The notes: generated by a model from the letters alone, not told the origin. Shown: positions 10,165 through 29,591, numbered from the stretch's first letter. The stretch: DNA of 64,000 bases from an uncultured Actinomycetes bacterium (GCA_963714175.1 CAVQNN010000003.1:961643-1025642), one strand, 5' to 3'. Numbers and translations: made by a program.

Positions 10165-11278
10165 TCAGTCAACGATCTCCCGGAACACTCGGGCGAGGTT
10201 TCGATAGCAGACCTTCTCTACCTGGGTCGCCGATAGCCCGGCTTTCGCCAGCAGCTCCCCGATGCGAGGGTAGTCGGCCACGCCCTGGAAGCCGGCCGGC
10301 AGGGCATCGACTCCGTCGAGGTCTCCACCGAGTCCGACGGCGTCTTCTCCGCCGACGTTGATCGCGTGAAGCACATGGTCGACGATCAGATCGAGCGGCG
10401 GGAGCGGGATCACAGCCTCAGCCTCGGCGCATCTCTGTCCGGCTTCGTCGACCGTGGTCGTGCCGGCCGCGATCGCGCTCCAGAACTCCTCTTCGGCACT
10501 TCGTGGTCTGCTGATAGTAGTCGCGCGGAGAGGAAGGCCGGGGCGAGGGTGATGCCGACGACGCCTCCTCGTTCCGCGATCGTGCGGATCATCTCGTCGG
10601 TGAGATTGCGGGGGCTGGGGCACAGCGTTCGACAGTTGCTGTGACTGGCGATGAACGGCCGGCTTGGCGACCCGGCAGATGTCGGCAAAGGACCGGTCTG
10701 AGGCGTGAGAAACGTCGACCATCACGTGCTGGTCTTCACAGGCCTCGACCAGAGTCGAAGCCCTTGGGTGTCAGCCCGCTTCCGTCACCGTAGGTCGAGC
10801 CGCAGAAGGCGGTGTCGTGCCAGGCAAGAGTGAGGAGCCGCACGCCCGCCCGGTGGAACGCGGTCAGATTGTCGACTTCTCCGGCCAGGGAGTCGGCACC
10901 CTCGAGGCTGGCCACGACGGCGATCCGAGCATCCGGCTCCGTAGCTGCGCAGGCCGCGGCTATCTCCGCGCCTGTCAAGGCGAGAAACAGGTCCGCCGGG
11001 TAGTCGTCGCACAGCCGGCGGACGGCCTCGACCTTTCCCATCGCCGCCTCGAACTCGCGCCCTTTGTATTTCTCCGTCCACACCCAGCTGGCGAAGACCT
11101 GGGCCCGCACTCCGGCCGCGCGCAGCCCCGGCAGGGTGACGTGCAGGGTCTTGCTCCCGAGGTGGTGGGCTGGGGCGCCGGTACCCGGGTCCTCGGTGCC
11201 GGCGTTGGTCTGGGCGAAGTCGGCCTTCTCTTCCCAGATCGCGCCGATGGTGTCGCAATGCGCGTCGAAGAATGGCAT
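10165..11278 (-). CDS. Membrane dipeptidase (peptidase M19), frameshifted
   Basis: FFDAHCDT, SLEGA, GVRLLTLAW, VDVSH, IASHSN, RNLTD, GLGGDLDG. Confidence 0.9.
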
Positions 11279-11329
11279 GGTGCCGGAAAGCATACCTTTT
11301 CCCGGCTCCTGCTGCTAAACTCGGGTTCC

Positions 11330-11458
11330 ATGGAGAGCAGAACAGGATCTCAGGCTTCCACTCCCGCACCCCGGTATGACGCCCTTCGGAGGCTAGTCTC
11401 GGCTGATTCGGCGCGCGGTGCTCTCGTTCTCGACCTCCTCCTGCTGCTCCCCCGCTAG
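11330..11458 (+). promoter_or_regulatory. Leu-rich leader peptide (42 aa, ..[11 protein letters not shown]) of leuA; LEU-element-like translational attenuator
   Basis: TGcTAAACT extended -10 (hexamer 11316-11321) lies 8 nt before ATG 11330, suggesting a leaderless start. Leu-codon segment TCTCGACCTCCT (11428-11439) is complementary at 11/12 positions to AGGAGGTGGAGA (11523-11534), the leuA SD. Confidence 0.75.
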
Positions 11459-11537
11459 GGGGAGATATTCGCGAAGCCGGCGTCATCCGGCACGTCAGCA
11501 GTCGAGATTCCATAGAAGAGCCAGGAGGTGGAGAGAT

Positions 11538-13249
11538 ATGTCCAAGAGCAACGCAACTGCAGGCGGTGCGACCAGCGATGGCGTCGGCGTCCCCTCGCAC
11601 GCAGATGCCCCGTCGTACATCGACGCCCCTTTGCCCGGCGATGTCCCCTCGCACGGCGAGGCCCCCCCGTGCGGCGGTGTCGCGGGCGGTAGGCGCAACG
11701 TAGGGGTCCCGGTCGTCTTCTTCGATACCACGTTGCGCGACGGGGAGCAGTCGCCCGGCAGCAGCCTGAACGCCTCGGAGAAACTGGAGATCGCTCAGCA
11801 GCTGGTCCGACTGGGCGTCGACGTGATCGAGGCCGGTTTTCCGGCCAGCAGCCCGGGCGATTTCGCCGCCGTGCAGGCGATCGCCCGCGAGGTCAAGGGC
11901 GCTGTGATCTGCGGCCTGGCCCGTTGTACGGAGGCCGACATCCGCACCTGCTGGGAAGCCATCAAGGACGCGGAACGCCCGCGCATCCACACTTTCGTAT
12001 CGACCTCCGACATCCATCTGAAGCATCAGATGCGGGTCAGCCGCGAGGAGGCCGTCAAGATCACCAAGGAGATGGTGGAACTCTGCGTGTCGCTCTGCCC
12101 GGCCGATGTGGAGTTCTCGGCCATGGACGCCACCCGCTCCGACGTGGATTTTCTGGCGCGAGGTGTTGGAGACCGCCGTCAAGGCCGGGGCTACCACCAT
12201 CAACGTGCCCGACACGGTGGGCTACACGTTGCCCAGTGAGTATGCGGCCCTCATGGACCGGCTGTACGAGAAGGTGCCCGGGCCTGGAGAACGTCGTGCT
12301 GAGCGTGCACTGCCACAACGACCTGGGCGTGGCCGTGGCCAACTCCCTGGCCGCGGTGGAGAGAGGGGCCACGCAGGTGGAGGTGGCCATCAACGGGCTG
12401 GGCGAGCGGGCCGGTAACGCCGCATTGGAAGAGATCGCCATGGCCTTGGTCACCCGCCGGGACATCCTGCAGCGACCGTGCAACATCGTCACCACCGAGA
12501 TCAGCCGGGCCAGCCGCATGGTCTCGAGCTTCACCGGGCACATGGTGCAGGCCAACAAGGCGATCGTGGGCAAGAATGCCTTCGCTCACGAATCGGGCAT
12601 CCACCAGGACGGGGTGCTGAAGGAACCCTCCACCTACGAGATCATGCATGCCTACGACATCGGCCTGACCGACTCCGACATCGTCCTGGGCAAGCACTCG
12701 GGACGCCACGCTCTGCGGTCGCACCTGGCCGAACTAGGCATACATCTGGAAGGCGACGAGTTGGCCGAGGTGTTCCGCCGCTTCAAGGACATCGCCGACA
12801 GGAAGAAGGAAGTCACCAGCGCCGACTTGGAAGCTCTGGTGGGTGAAGAACTCCGCGAGCGCGAGGATGTCTACTCGCTCGACCACGTTTACGTATCGGC
12901 GGGGACGGACATCATTTCTTCCAGCCAGGTGGGCGTGCGCAAGCTGGGCGAGAAGAAGGCGGGCAAAGCCTTCTCTGGCGGATCGGTGGAGTCGATCTTC
13001 AAAGCGATCGACGACGCCGTCGGGGTCAAGAGCAAGCTGATGGACTACCAGGTGCGGTCCATCACCTCGGGGAAGGACTCCCTGGGAGAGGTGCGGGTGG
13101 TTGTGGAGGTAGACGGCAGGCGCTACGCGGGCCAGGCGGTCTCGATCGACGTACTGGAAGCCTCGGCCAAGGCCTACGTCAGGGCTCTGAACAATGTGGC
13201 CATGAGCCGGGAAGCGGGTAGCGCTCGCGGCGACCGGGTGTACCTGTAG
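11538..13249 (+). CDS. leuA: 2-isopropylmalate synthase (frameshifts ~12160 and ~12280)
   Basis: [43 protein letters not shown] and C-terminal regulatory domain. Confidence 0.92.
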
Positions 13250-13274
13250 TAGAGACGGGGGAGACGAGACATCG

Positions 13275-18230
<4,956 letters not shown>

Positions 18231-18964
18231 CTACGAGGTATAGCCGGCGAAGCTCTCGACCACGGTCTGCGTCCTTCGGGATCTCCAGCTGGTCCATGAG
18301 CTTCTGCATGGCGTGCGATCATGGGCGGCGGCCCGACGATGTAGTAGGTCCAAGCCGACGGGATCGGCCAGCTCGGCCCGGACGACGCTCGGCGGTGATG
18401 AACCCGCCGTAGCCCTTCCAGCTCTCGGTGGGATTGGTGATCACGTGCACCACCCGCAGGCCGGCGATGGTCCGCGTCGAACTCGTCGAACTCGTCCTTG
18501 TAGACGATGCCGTCCTCGGTCATGCTCCCGTAGAACACGACAAGTTCTTGTCCCTCTATCCTGCCGGCTCCCTCCGTGTCGGCGAGGTACCGCAGCATGC
18601 TGCGCACGGGAGTGACTCCTATGCCTCCGGTGAGGAAGGCGATCTTGGGCGTCGTCGTATCCGAAGACGAAGCGGCCGTATGGCCCCTCGATCTCCACCT
18701 CGGCCCCAAGCGGAAGCGCGTCGAGGGCGTTCTTGAAGTCGGAGCCGGTGAGCCGGGTGGTCAGCTCGATGAACGACTCGGTGGGCGAATCGGCGTGGCT
18801 GAAGTGGTGGTCGAGCGGCCCTCCGGGCGAGGGGATGGTGATGCGTGTACCACTGTCCGGCCTCGAAGTCGTACTCCGGCGGGCCGGGAGAAGCGGTAGC
18901 TGGTGGTGTCGCTGCTGCGCGGGATCTTCTCCAGGAGCGTGCTGGTGAAGGTCATGGCTGCCAT
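18231..18964 (-). CDS. FNR-family FAD/NAD(P)-binding oxidoreductase (frameshifted)
   Basis: GQW, EIEGPYGRF, AFLTGGIGVTP, YIVGPPPM, C-terminal ESFAGY. Confidence 0.85.
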
Positions 18965-19048
18965 GCGTGGTCGACCTCCTGTCGGCGTCGAGCGGACTCG
19001 GGTGCGCCGCGGGATAGAATAGCAGCCGCGTCCGACCGGAGAGGATCG

Positions 19049-20283
19049 ATGGAACAAGCGGCAGATCACGCAGACACGGCACCGATCCAGCATCGTCGCC
19101 CGTGTGGTCGGCGGCCCGGTGCGCCGACTACGACTTCGAGGCCGTGCGGGCGGCGCTGCGGGAGGTGCTCGCTCCTCTGGGGGGCATGGCCGCCTTCGTC
19201 AAGCCGGGAGAGCGCATCGCCCTCAAACCCAACCTGCTCCTGGGCGCGGCGTCCCGAGCAGGCCATCACCACTCATCCGGCGGTGGTGGCGGCGGTGGCG
19301 TTGGCGGTGCAGGGAGGCGGGAGCCCACCCGGTGGTGGTGGAGAGTCCCGGCTCGGGGATCGTGCACGTCAAGACCGGTGATCGAGCGGGTGTTCCGCAA
19401 GGCCGGCTACCGCGAGGTCGGCCGACCGCTACGGATTCGAGCTCGAGTCTCGACATGGACTGGGAGACGGTCTCGCTACCCGGAGGCGCGCCTGGCCCAC
19501 CGGCTGGAGGTGATGACTCCCATCCTGCGGGCCGACGGGGTCATCAACCTGGCCAAGTTCAAGACCCACATGTTCATGATCTTCACCGGGGCGACCAAGA
19601 ACCTGTTCGGCGTGATCCCCGGACTCAACAAGGTGGGCTACCACGCCAGGCTGGCCGATCCCCTGCGCTTCGCCGACATGCTGCTGGACGTGGCCGGCTT
19701 CGTTCAGTCCGCGGCTGAGCATCGTCGACGGGATCGTGGCGATGGAGGGCAACGGCCCCGGGACCGGCGGGCAAGCCGCGCCCGCTGGGCGTGCTGCTGG
19801 CCGGCGCCGACACCGGTGGCGGTGGACGTGGCCTGCTGCCGCATCGCCGGCATCGACCCGGCGCGGTGCCCGTGCTTGTGGCCGCCCGGGAGCGGGGCCT
19901 GTGGAGCGGGCGGGCGGCCGACGTCGACACGCTGGGCGTGCCGGTGGCCGAGCTGCAGGTGAAGGACTTCGTCATGCCCGGCGCCTACAGCGGGCATCGG
20001 CGTCGGCGTCGGCTGGAGCTCTTCGATCGGCCGCTGCGGGCGGATGCTGCGCCGCTTCAACCCCCTGCCTCGGCCCAAGGCGGGCCGCTGCACGCTCTGC
20101 GCGGCCTGCGAGCAGGCCTGTCCCGGCAAGGCCATCAGCATGGACAAGACGGCGAAGGTCGCCAAGGTCGACGACTCGCTCTGCATCCGCTGCTACTGCT
20201 GTCACGAGGTCTGCCCGTCGGCGGCCATCGACCTGGAGTTCACCGGCATGGGCCGGGTGATGCACCGGCTGGGGCTGATGTGA
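19049..20283 (+). CDS. DUF362 domain protein with C-terminal 2x[4Fe-4S] domain (frameshifted)
   Basis: VKPGERIALKPNLL, TTHP, INLAKFKTH, GATKNLFG, MEGNGP, CTLCAACEQACP and CIRCYCCHEVCP. Confidence 0.88.
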
Positions 20284-21178
20284 TGAGCGGCCGCGCCGCG
20301 GAGACAGCGCGGGGCGCCGCAGGCGGCGTCGTCGGCGACGCCGCCCGGCGGCGCCGGATCCGCCTGGTCGCCCTCGACCTTGACGGCGTGGTGTGGCGTG
20401 GCAGCGAGGTCCTGCCCGGAGCGCCGGAGGCCCTGGCGGAGGTGCTGCGCCGCGGTCTCGACCTCCGCTACGTCAGCAACAACTCCACCGCCCACCGGGA
20501 GACGGTGTCCGAGCGGCTGGAGGCATGGGACTGCCCGCCGGAGCGGAGCGGGTGCTCACCTCGGGCTTCGTCGCCGGACGGTGGCTGCGCGAACGGCTGC
20601 CCGAGGGGACGCCGGGTGGTGGTGGGGGAGGCGGGGGCTGCTGCGCGAACTGCGCGAGGCCGGGCTGGTGCCGCTTCACTGCCCGGGAAACGGCCGCAGG
20701 ACGGGGGCGGCCCGCCCGGCGGCCGTCGTGGTGGGCATGGACCGGGCTTCTCCTACGACACTCTGGCCGCGGCGCAGGCGGCCATCCTGGGTGGGGCGCT
20801 GTTCGTGGCCACCAATCGGGACGCCACCTTCCCGACGCCGGAGGGTCTCGTCGCCGGGACGCGGCGCCATCGTGGCGGCGGTGGCCACGGCCGCCCAGCA
20901 GGAGCCGGTCCTCATGGGCAAGCCCGGTCTGGCGCTGGCCGAGGTCCTGGCGGCGGTCACCGGCGTGCCCCCGGCCCAGACCCTCTTCGTGGGCGACAGG
21001 CTGAGCACCGACATCGCCATGGGCACGCGGGCCGGCATGGTCACGGCCCTGGTGCTCACCGGGGTCACCAGCGAGGACGACCTGCGGCGCGCGCGACGCC
21101 GCCGAGGCCGCGGCTGCCGGACCACGTGCTGGCGGACCTCCGGGACCTGCCCCGCCTGCTGGACTCGCTGGGGCCTAG
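20283..21178 (+). CDS. HAD-IIA family hydrolase (NagD-like), frameshifted
   Basis: LDLDGVVW, YVSNNS, VATNRD, MGKP, VGDRLSTDI, LVLTGV. Confidence 0.88.
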
Positions 21179-21228
21179 GTCCTCACACGACCCTCCGGCC
21201 GTCCGCCGCCTGCAGTCGCGTCGCCCCC

Positions 21229-21272
21229 TTGACAGCGCTCGGCCGTAGCACTACTATTCCGATCGGAACAGT
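21229..21272 (+). promoter_or_regulatory. Promoter with palindromic operator for the Rrf2-metY-cysK operon
   Basis: TTGACA (21229-21234), 17 bp, TACTAT (21252-21257). 20-bp palindrome ACTATTCCGA|TCGGAACAGT (21253-21272, one mismatch). Confidence 0.75.
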
Positions 21273-21298
21273 GTACTTAAGCGGGGAAGTCCAGATCC

Positions 21299-21765
21299 AT
21301 GGTCCTCTCGCAGAAATCCCAGTACGCGGTGCGGGCGGTGTTCGAGCTGGCCAAGCGGCACGGCAACGGGCCGGTCAAGGCGGCCCGGATCGCGGAGGCC
21401 CAGCACATCCCCGTCCGCTTCCTGGAGAACATCCTCGGGCAGCTGCGGCAGGCGGGGATCGTCGAGTCGGTGCGGGGCAAAGAGGGCGGCTACCGGCTGA
21501 GCCGGCGACCCCAACAGGTCACGGTGGGCGAGGTGATCCGGCTGATCCAGGGCCCTATGGCGACGATCGAGTGTGCCGAAGCCGGACCGGGCCGCGGCAC
21601 GGGAGTGGAGCCGCATGCCCGCTGCGGACCGGGTGCGTGCTCCTGCCCATGTGGGACAAGGCGCACCGGGCCATGATGGACGTGTACGACGGAACGACCT
21701 TCGAGGATCTGGTGGAACAGGAGCGCGCGGCGAATGAATGCGAGATCATCGACTACGCGATCTAG
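21299..21765 (+). CDS. Rrf2-family regulator (IscR/CymR-like, three C-terminal Cys), frameshift ~21605
   Basis: SQYAVRA, FLENILGQLRQAGIVESVRGKEGGYRL, IEC..ACPLRTGCVL, DYAI end. Confidence 0.88.
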
Positions 21766-21843
21766 CATGCGGATTCGGCGAACGCCCGAGCGAGGCGCGT
21801 CCGAGGCGCCTGGCGGCGCACGGCCGCTCCAGGCGCAGTCTGA

Positions 21844-23217
<1,374 letters not shown>

Positions 23218-23230
23218 AGGAGGGCGCGAC

Positions 23231-24181
<951 letters not shown>

Positions 24182-24234
24182 CGGGGAGAGCCGGAGCGGC
24201 ATTTGCCGGAAGTCCGCCGACAGCTGGTTGGCTG

Positions 24235-25233
24235 TCACTTGGCTAAGGTAGCTGTCCAGCGCTTCCCTCAGCGGCGTCGGCCTGAACTCGGGGAAGCGCT
24301 CGCCAGGAGGAGGCGGTCGGCGTCGGTGACTGCGCCCCCCTGACTGACGAAGTCGACGGCGTCGGGAGTCAGCGGCCGCCCCGGTAGATACTGCATGCAG
24401 TGCCCCCTGGATCTTGCCCACCGGCTTGGGGATGTGCAGGATGGGACGCCGGCGCCCCTTGGCCTGCAGCGCCAGCCGGAGGAACTCGTTCAGGGTCACC
24501 GCGTCGGGTCCGCCCAGGCGGAAGGTGGTGTCGCGAGCCTTCGTCGGGAGCGGCGACGAGCAGCGCGAACAGCCTGCCGATATCGTCCACGAACACGGGC
24601 GTGAGGGGGTCGTCTCCGCGTCCGAAGATGGGCACGAAGGGCAGGTAGTCGGAGTAGCCGATGATGCGGTTGAGGGCGGTGTCTCGTGGCCCATACGCCC
24701 AGCAGGCCCGCACGATGGTCCAATCGAGGCCGCTGCCCCGTATGGCTTCTTCCGCCTGCCACTTCGCGCGGTTCCAGGGCTCTCGCGCTTCCTCCGAGAC
24801 GGTGATGCCGCTCATGTAGAGAAGGCGTGGGGAGCCGACCGGATAGCGGCCCGGTGCCGACCCTGTGGTCGGCCGGCCGTACACCTGCGCGACCGCCTCG
24901 AGAAGGTTGAGGGTGCCGTCGCGATCGACCGCGGCGTAGGTCAGGCCGCGGGCCGGGTTCTCAACGGGTGCGCCCGTGAACTGGGCGGCCTGGACGACGG
25001 CTTCGACCCCCTCCACGGCTGCGAGCAGGGTGGCCGGTCTGGTCACGTCGGCCTCGACGAAGGCCAGCCGGCCCTCGGCCAGGGCGCGGCGCCCGACTTC
25101 GTCGGCGGACGAGCTTGCGCGTCGCCGCCTCGGGTGAGCGGCTCATGGCCCGCACACTCCGGCCGGAACCCAACAGGTGCCGGGTTATGGCGCCTCCCAC
25201 GAACCCCGTGGCTCCAGATACCAGTATGGTCAC
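24235..25233 (-). CDS. NAD(P)-dependent epimerase/dehydratase (atypical SDR, NDUFA9-like), frameshifted
   Basis: ILVSGATGFVG, AKWQAEEAIRGSGLDWTIVR, PVFVDD, LGGPD. Confidence 0.82.
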
Positions 25234-25234
25234 G

Positions 25235-25962
25235 TCAGCCCTCGTCCGCGGCGGCGATCTCGTCGATCGAGCGCCCCGTGGCCACCGAATCGGGAGCCTC
25301 GGCGATCAGGCTGGCGCCGGGCCGGGCGGCCTCGTCTCGGTGCTTGAGCAGCAGCCAATTCTTCTCTCCACGGCCCTTCATCTGGACGAGAGCCCAGCTC
25401 CCGGTGAGCTTGTGGCCGTGGAGCACGAACTTCAGGTCGCCGCCGGCCAGCGCGGCCTCGGCGATGGCGGTGGGGTCGGCGGGCGGGGCGGCTTCTTCGG
25501 CGGCCTGCGGGCTGCCCGCTGGGAGGCGCCGCGCGCTCGTCCACGGCCCTTGGCGGTCTCCATCCAGGCGACGTCAGGCTCCCACCAGCCGAAATCCCAC
25601 ACCATGACGGTTCCCCCGCCGTACTCTCCCTTGGGGATGGTGCCCTCGAAGGCCGCGTACTCCAGAGGATGATCCTCGGTCATCACGGCCAGCCGCTTGT
25701 CGGCCGGATCGAGCGACGGTCCCTTGGGGACGGCCCATGACTTCAGAACGCCGCCCATCTCCAAGCGGAAGTCGTAGTGCAACTGAGTGGCCGCGTGCTT
25801 CTGCACGACGAACACATGATGGTGCTGCCCGGCGGCGTCGGGTCCAGGCTCGACTGCGGCAGGTTCTGCGGCGGCCGTATCTCCCGCAGGTTCGGCGGAG
25901 CGGGTGAAGTCGCGGCGGCGACGATACTCGGCCAGGGCTTCGGCGGCGGTCTGTTCGGCCAC
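25235..25962 (-). CDS. Stand-alone LigD 3'-phosphoesterase domain protein (frameshifted)
   Basis: [67 protein letters not shown]. Confidence 0.88.
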
Positions 25963-26166
25963 GCGATTCTCCTCTCGGGCGGCTCCGTGACTCCAGGGAT
26001 GGTGTCGCGACGGTGCGCGTCCTCGGTATCTTCCCATAGCGGCTCTGGGGTATGCGCCGAGGAGCACCAGGTAGCCAGAGCTGCTGCGAAGCCTCTAGTG
26101 ACTGGGTCCGCTCGCCGACATATACTCGGAAAGCGACCAATTCGAGATACGCGCCGGGAGGCAGCT

Positions 26167-28706
26167 GTGACCGCCAGTCCCTTGACTTCAGGTTGGTTCT
26201 ACGCCAAGCGGGAACAGGCCGGCGAGGCGCAGGTCGGCCCCTTGAGCTGGGAGCAGCTCGCCGGGCTCGCGCAGACCGGGGCGCTTGCGCCGGACGACTC
26301 TGGTCTGGCACGAGACCCTTCCCGGCTGGGTGCCCGCTACGCATGTCTCCGGGCTCTTTCCGGGCGGCCAGTGGCCCGGATACGCGGTGCCGCCTGGACC
26401 CGCTCCAGGCTGGAACGCGCAACCTGTCGCGGCCGCTGCCGCCGGTCGCCGGCGCTCCCATCTGCCCTGGATAATCCCCCTGGCCGCGCTGGTGCTGGTC
26501 GGCGCTGTCGTTGGGCTCGTCTTCGGCTTGAGGGGCGGGGACGACGACCGCGGGTCGACGGCTTCCACGTCATCAACGATCCTGTCGACCGCCGGCTCGA
26601 CCCTGCCCGGCACCGCGTCGACAGTCGTGGCCGGCGAGCCGGGCACGTGGCTGGTCATGATGTACGAGGATGCGGACGACGAGATCCTCGAAGAAGACAT
26701 GGCCTTCGACTTGAACGAAGCCGAACTCGTCGGCTCGACGGACCAGGTGACGATCGTCGCGCAGATGGACCGCTATGTCGGCGGCTACGATGGCGACGGC
26801 GATGTGACCTCGACCAAACGCTATCTGCTGACCCAGGATGCCGACCTCTACAACGTGAACTCCGAGGAGTTGGCCGATCTCGGCGAAGTGGACATGGGCG
26901 ACGGCCAATCTCTGTACGACTTTGCCACCTGGGCGATCGGCGTCATATCCCGCCGAGCACTACGTGCTCATCCTGTCGGACCACGGCGGCGGCTGGACGG
27001 GCGGCTGGAGCGATGACGACCCGGAGTACGGCAGTGGTCTGACCATGCAGGAGATCGACGACGCCCTCGGCGCCATCGTCGCCGACACCGGCATCGGCGC
27101 CTTCGAACTGGTCGGTTTCGACGCCTGCCTCATGGGACAGCTGGAAGTGATGAGCGCGGTCGCGCCGCACGCCCGGTACGCGGTCGGCTCGGAGGAAACC
27201 GAACCCTCACTCGGCTGGGGCTACGCCGAATTCCTGCGGGCGCTGACGGCAGGACCCGGCCATGACCGGGCGCGAACTGGGGCAGGCCATCGTGGACAGC
27301 TACGTCGGTGGACGATGTCCGCATCACCGACGATCAGGCGCGCAGCGTGCTCGCCGGCGGCGACTTCAGCGCCGATACCGTGGCCGCTGAGGTGAGCAGA
27401 TCCACGACCCTGTCCACGATCGACCTGAGCGCGGTCCAGGACTTGAACGCGGCGGTCAATGGATTGGCCGTCGCGCTGACGGGCGTCGACCAGGAACTGG
27501 TGGCACAGGCGCGCGCCTACTCCCAATCGTACGCCAGCGTCTTCGGCGAAGAGGACCCGCCCTCCTACATCGACCTGGGGCACTTCGTGGACCTGTTGCT
27601 CGAGGGTGTCGACGACCCGAAGTGACCCAGGCCGCCGAGCAGGTGAGGAGCACCCTGGCGCAGGCGGTGACCGCCGAGACCCATGGCGAGGATAGACCGG
27701 GCTCCAGCGGGCTCGCCATCTACTTCCCCAACTCTGCGGAGTACGTGGGCACATTCGGCGAGTGGACGATCAACTACCCCTCGTCCATCGGTCGCTTTGC
27801 CACCGCTTCTCTGTGGGACGACTACCTGACCTTCCACTACACGGGCGAAGCCTTCGATGCCGGCAACGCCGACGTGGCCGTGTTGACCCCGGCCCAATCC
27901 ACGCGAGACCGATTTCATCGGAGGCGGTCGAGGAATCCGCGCCGGAGGAGGACGCTGAGATCACGGCACCCGGTGCAGGTCAACTCACCATCGCTCCGAT
28001 CACTGTCTCTGCCAGCGAGATCGGTCCCGATGAGATCGTGACGCTGAACACCGAGATCACGGGCTCGAACATCGCCTACGTCTACTACTACGTCAGCTAC
28101 TACTGGGAGAGACGACGGCTCCTATCTCACCGCCGACGCGGGCTTTGTCGAGCCTGGAGCCATAAAGGAGATCGGCGGGGTCTACTACCCGGACTGGGGC
28201 GATGAGGGCGTCACCTCCGTGGAGTACGACTGGGAACCGACCTTGTACTACATGAGCGACGGGAACGAGGCCAACGACCAGTTCGCCTTCTTCGAGCCCA
28301 CGGTCTATGGCGCGGACGTGAGCGAGGATATCTACACCGTGCGCGGGACGTACACGTTCATCGACACCGGGACCCAGATGGACGCGGAGATAGATTTCAA
28401 CGGAGACGGCGACATGCAGAGCGTCTGGGGCTATCAGCGAAGAGAGCGATCGGCTCGGGCACCTGGCACGAGATCACCCCGAAGCCGGGAGACACCTTCA
28501 CCATCACGGACGAGTACCTCGAGTTCGACCAGAATCCCGACGGCGAGTTCGTCGACTACGACGGCGGCATCATGACCTTCGGCGACACTCCCTTCACCAT
28601 GGTCGCCTACTACGTCTTCTCCGGCGACTACACCCTGGCCATCGGCGTCGAAGACCTGGACGGCAACATCACCTGGGAATTCACCGAGATCGTCGTTACC
28701 GAATAG
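26167..28706 (+). CDS. GYF_2(DUF4339)-TM-clostripain (peptidase C11) protein with acidic C-terminal domain (several frameshifts)
   Basis: WFY..QVGPLSWEQL..LVWHETLPGWVPA; TM segment; S/T linker; WLVMMYEDAD, VDMGD, ILSDHGGGW (catalytic His) and VGFDACLM (catalytic Cys). Confidence 0.85.
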
Positions 28707-28740
28707 GCGAGTCGCATCTGGGGACGGCCGGGAGGGACCA

Positions 28741-29591
28741 ATGGAGCCATTTGCGACATTCGAGCACAAGGGCAGGGTCCTGCGGCTGTCTTCCTACGAG
28801 GCGGCTTGCCCGGGTCCGAGGGCCGGCCTCCGCCACGCGGGCCGCGGGTCGCGGCCCCCGCTCACGCCGGGCGCGGGGAGGTTCGAGATCGGGCAGATCG
28901 AATCTGGCCGAGGAAGACGGCGAATTCGCGCTCACGGCTCAGATCCGTGGGAGACACATCGCCTACGTCTACACCGAACTCCTGCTCAAAGACAGGGACC
29001 TCGATCGATTCTACGGGCCGGTCGCTCGCGAGCACGTCCGGGCCGACAGGAACAAGGAGACCCGCGGAATCACCCGCCCGGATTGGGACGACCCGGTGGA
29101 CGTCGCGGTCCAGGATCCGTCCGAGTCTGCGGCTGCTGACCGACGGAGTCGACTCGGCCTTCTGCTTCTCCGTCCCCGAGGGATACGGCGACTCTGGAGT
29201 ACCGGCTCGACGGTCTGTACACCCTCGCCGATGGAGCCGCCCCGTTCCGCGCCTGCCTTGTCTTCGACAGCGCCGGCGAGACTAAGCGGGTTCTGGCCTA
29301 CAGAGAGCAGGGCAGGCGTTCGATGCCTCGCGCTCTGACTCCCAGGCACGGCGACCAGTTCACCCCCTTCGTGCAGGTCCTCACGCCGCTCCGCCGATGA
29401 TGGAGACTGGGAGGTGGGCGGTGGCGCTCTCCACATCCCTCGTCTTCCCGGACCGGCGGTTGCGGGTGGTCACGGAGACTCTCATACCCGGGGACTATCT
29501 CGCCGGTCTGGTCGTCCAGGATCTGGACGGCGGACTTCACCGGAAGTACGTGCCGCTGGCCATCGGCGCTAGGCGGGGCGACCCGACCTGA
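28741..29591 (+). CDS. Hypothetical protein paralogous to the C-terminal domain of the upstream clostripain (frameshifted)
   Basis: Shared motifs PGAG, IAYVY, KE..G..PDW, Y..GxYT, TP..GD.FT and GDY..V.DLDG; GGAGGG RBS. Confidence 0.7.
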
